Source of the DNA: Mobula hypostoma
Taxonomy: Eukaryota
DNA: 64,000 bases
NCBI RefSeq assembly: GCF_963921235.1
Contig: NC_086108.1
Location: 21,452,001 to 21,516,000, forward strand
Reading direction: 5' to 3'
Below the pieces are notes generated by a model. It had not been told where the DNA came from and ran no database searches. It was given only the letters and a program-made list of their open reading frames with translations. Shown here piece after piece: positions 61,304 through 64,000 of the stretch. The position numbers and the translations under genes are program-made. How positions within the stretch are numbered: position 1 is the first letter of the stretch; each line of letters starts with the position of its first letter.

Positions 61304-63929
61304 TGGGAGGACTTGTTGTTAAGTTTCTTCCCCAACACCCCTAGACTAGAGCCAATAGGGGGACGTAACAGATGCAAACTGCAAAACTGCAAGCAACTGC
61401 TAAATCCAGTTCCAATGAGGATTTCAAAAAAACCTGGAACCTCTGAAGTAATTGAACATATATAAGACTTTTTACCCCCTCTGGTAGCCACCTTGAATTT
61501 CACAGGACACTAGCTGACTTCAGAGATGCGATTTACATTTTGGTTTTACATTTTGCTGATATTAAATGGTTGCACGATGTTTGAAACAAGCTACTGAATA
61601 AAACAAGACAATGAAAGTTTGCTCTAGCAAATAGAGGCTCTATTTTGGTACGAGCAAAGGAGGTTTAACAAAACAACACCATGTCATTTTAATTACACAA
61701 TACACTTGACTATAGAGGAAATCATTCCAAAATTTTGGGTTACAGTGAATTTTTTAAGCATTTTTTTCTTAAACTAACTTCAGATCGACAGGGCCCTCCT
61801 CATGAAGGGCAGCATGCAACAATACCGATTCTCCCAAAAAAACTATAAGGAATAACAATAGACAGAATAAAATGCCAAAAATATACAGAAAATTATCTTC
61901 AAAAGATTTAACATTCTGAAGATCAGGGAGCATCTGTGGAAAGTGTCTCAGCTCAAAGACCATTCATCTGGTAAAGGGACCTTGACCAGTTTCACCTTCC
62001 AGCATTTTTCACTTCTATTTCAGATTTTCAGCTTCAACATTTTTTAAAAAATTCTTTACTGTCAAAAAATCTCTTCAATGTTAACAATAAAATAGCCACA
62101 CATGTCCCAAAAGTACAATTTCACAGAATGTCAAAATCACTCCTGAGTTGAGGGATTCCGACCACATCCTGCTCGGTTATGACCAGAATTATCACCTTCA
62201 CGTAATGCTTGACAGAATCTGTACCATATTGCCAAGGAGAGTGGAGAAATAAAGAGGAATTTGCCTGTCTTTTGGGAGCTGGCTGATGGCATTGCCACAG
62301 ATGTACCTTGGTGTTCCCATTCTGTCACCATGCAAAAAGATGAGACTTCTGCAGGTAAATTTTGCATTGTGCTTGTGCATAGATGCATATGATGGTAAAA
62401 CTGACTTAGACCTTGATTTTGATATGCAAACAATTTGAAAGATGCCCATGTTTACAAAACTTACTCAAATATTTTACTGCACTGATGTACAATAGAGCCA
62501 ACCATTTAGTTTTCACCATGTACCAAATGTGTCATCTCCAAAGATGAAGTCCCAATCAGATGTAGGTCTTGGAGAGCTGGTCCTTGTATTTGAATAATGG
62601 ACAAAATTTTCTATTCCACATCCCTTTCTTGAATACATTTCTTTTAAAACCTTTTAACACACCCAAATCTAATTATGTCAAAAAGATGAACTTCAGGTCA
62701 CCAAATAAAAATTCTCAACATAGAAGCTTGCAGGCCAAATATCTAAATAAAGTTGCCCAGATGATCTGGAATCAGGAATTAATTACAAATTCCAACAAAG
62801 AGCTGTTCCTCATTACCAGACGCCTGAAAATCAATTTCAAACAATGAGGCTATTTCAGGGAGGAATCCAGTGTGCACAAAGAAGCACTGTGTTGCCAAAA
62901 CCACTTAGCCAGATTTTAGTATTGCTGCATAAATAGTATGAAATACACAGTTGTTCACTAGTTTCCTCAGGCTATTTATTTCACATAAATAAAAAGTGAT
63001 GCCTGCTCACCATTACAATTGTTAACAACATGCGGCCCAATGCTGCTGTCTAGTCTGAAATCCTTCATTCTCACAAACAGAAGTTGTCATGCTGTACAAC
63101 GTGATCACAAATGCTTGCCATATGGACCATCATAAATCTGAGGCTTAATTTAAGCCTTGCCTTTCACCTTACCTTAGCGACCATAAGCCCAGGTGCTGAT
63201 ATTTTCAGCCAATACCAAACAATGTTCTCTTTGACCCTTTTAATACAATCCAACAATATGAAATAAAACACATCACGTTCAAGGAGGAAGGAGTAAGAAG
63301 GAAATACTTATATTAATTTCGCGCATTTAATGACTTCAGGAAAATATTTTACAGTCAACTAAATACTTTCCAATCAGAAAACTTCTGTTAAAAGTAACAG
63401 CTAATATGCATGGAGGAGTCTGACAAACCACATCTTTGTGATGTTTTGGGGGCTAAACATTGCACAGAATAACAATTAAACTCCTTGTTTTCTTTAAATA
63501 ATGCATAGTATTTTGTTGTCACACTAAGGATTCATGGATTACATCACAAACCTAAACAGATCACCATCTACTTTTCTAGTACTGCATTGTTTAAATTTAA
63601 ATTACATAATCAAGTTTCTGCAGACTGATAAAAATCAATTTTAATTTTCATATTCATTCACTATTTTACATGGATTTATGGCAAACTCCCACACAATGGC
63701 TTAACTAATTATCCACCTATCAATGAAGCACATAAAATAAGTCAACTGTAGAAAATGGAGGCCTTTCAGCTGATAGAAAACTTTGAAAGATCACTTCCTC
63801 ACACATATCTTTGTCACATATTCCAGTGAAGCACAAGTCTTTAATGCTAATGAATTGAATAATCTTAATGTAAAAATATGAATGTGTCCAAAGGAACATA
63901 TAAGCCAGTGCATTATACATCAAATAAAA

Positions 63930-64000
63930 ACGTAAACAACAGGAATTCTGCAGATGCTGGAAATTCAAGCAACACACACCAAAGTTGCTGGTGAACGCAG
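63930..64000 (-). mobile_element. PLE 3' terminus cut by the window edge
   Basis: aaacaacaggaattctgcagatgctggaaattcaagcaacacacaccaaagttgctggtgaacgcag matches the long PLE tail. Confidence 0.85.

Noticed and set aside
391..64000. CRISPR array or prokaryotic defence system suggested by recurrent short repeats and RT/endonuclease ORFs
   Set aside because: The repeats are dispersed in both orientations with TSDs and no regular spacers, and the RT and GIY-YIG domains are eukaryotic retroelement types.

Overview
This is a eukaryotic, repeat-saturated window (intronic or intergenic) with no recognisable host protein-coding gene, rRNA, true tRNA or CRISPR. The repeat mix is CR1 LINEs with an esterase ORF1, Rex1/Babar LINEs, Neptune-type Penelope-like elements (PLEs), V-SINE/HE1-like SINEs, Gypsy-type LTRs and hAT/Charlie DNA transposons. 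That mix suggests a fish, most likely a cartilaginous fish; this is an inference. Nearly all long ORFs are transposon remnants or their antisense shadows. Highlights: (1) the PLE 3' ends carry minimal type-I hammerhead ribozymes, four with intact cores plus several decayed copies; (2) five fold-back mini-PLE insertions each consist of two inverted PLE ends with a consistent long-arm/short-arm asymmetry inside a single 13-16 bp TSD; (3) a nested stack at 655-7703 holds a Gypsy provirus whose interior is replaced by the 5' part of an inverted CR1, and whose 3' LTR has its AATAAA replaced by a short copy of that CR1; (4) a CpG-rich, hairpin-rich non-autonomous RTE-type element; (5) a candidate 15-nt neural-type microexon. 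Family names come from motif recognition, not database searches, and boundaries of degraded elements are approximate.
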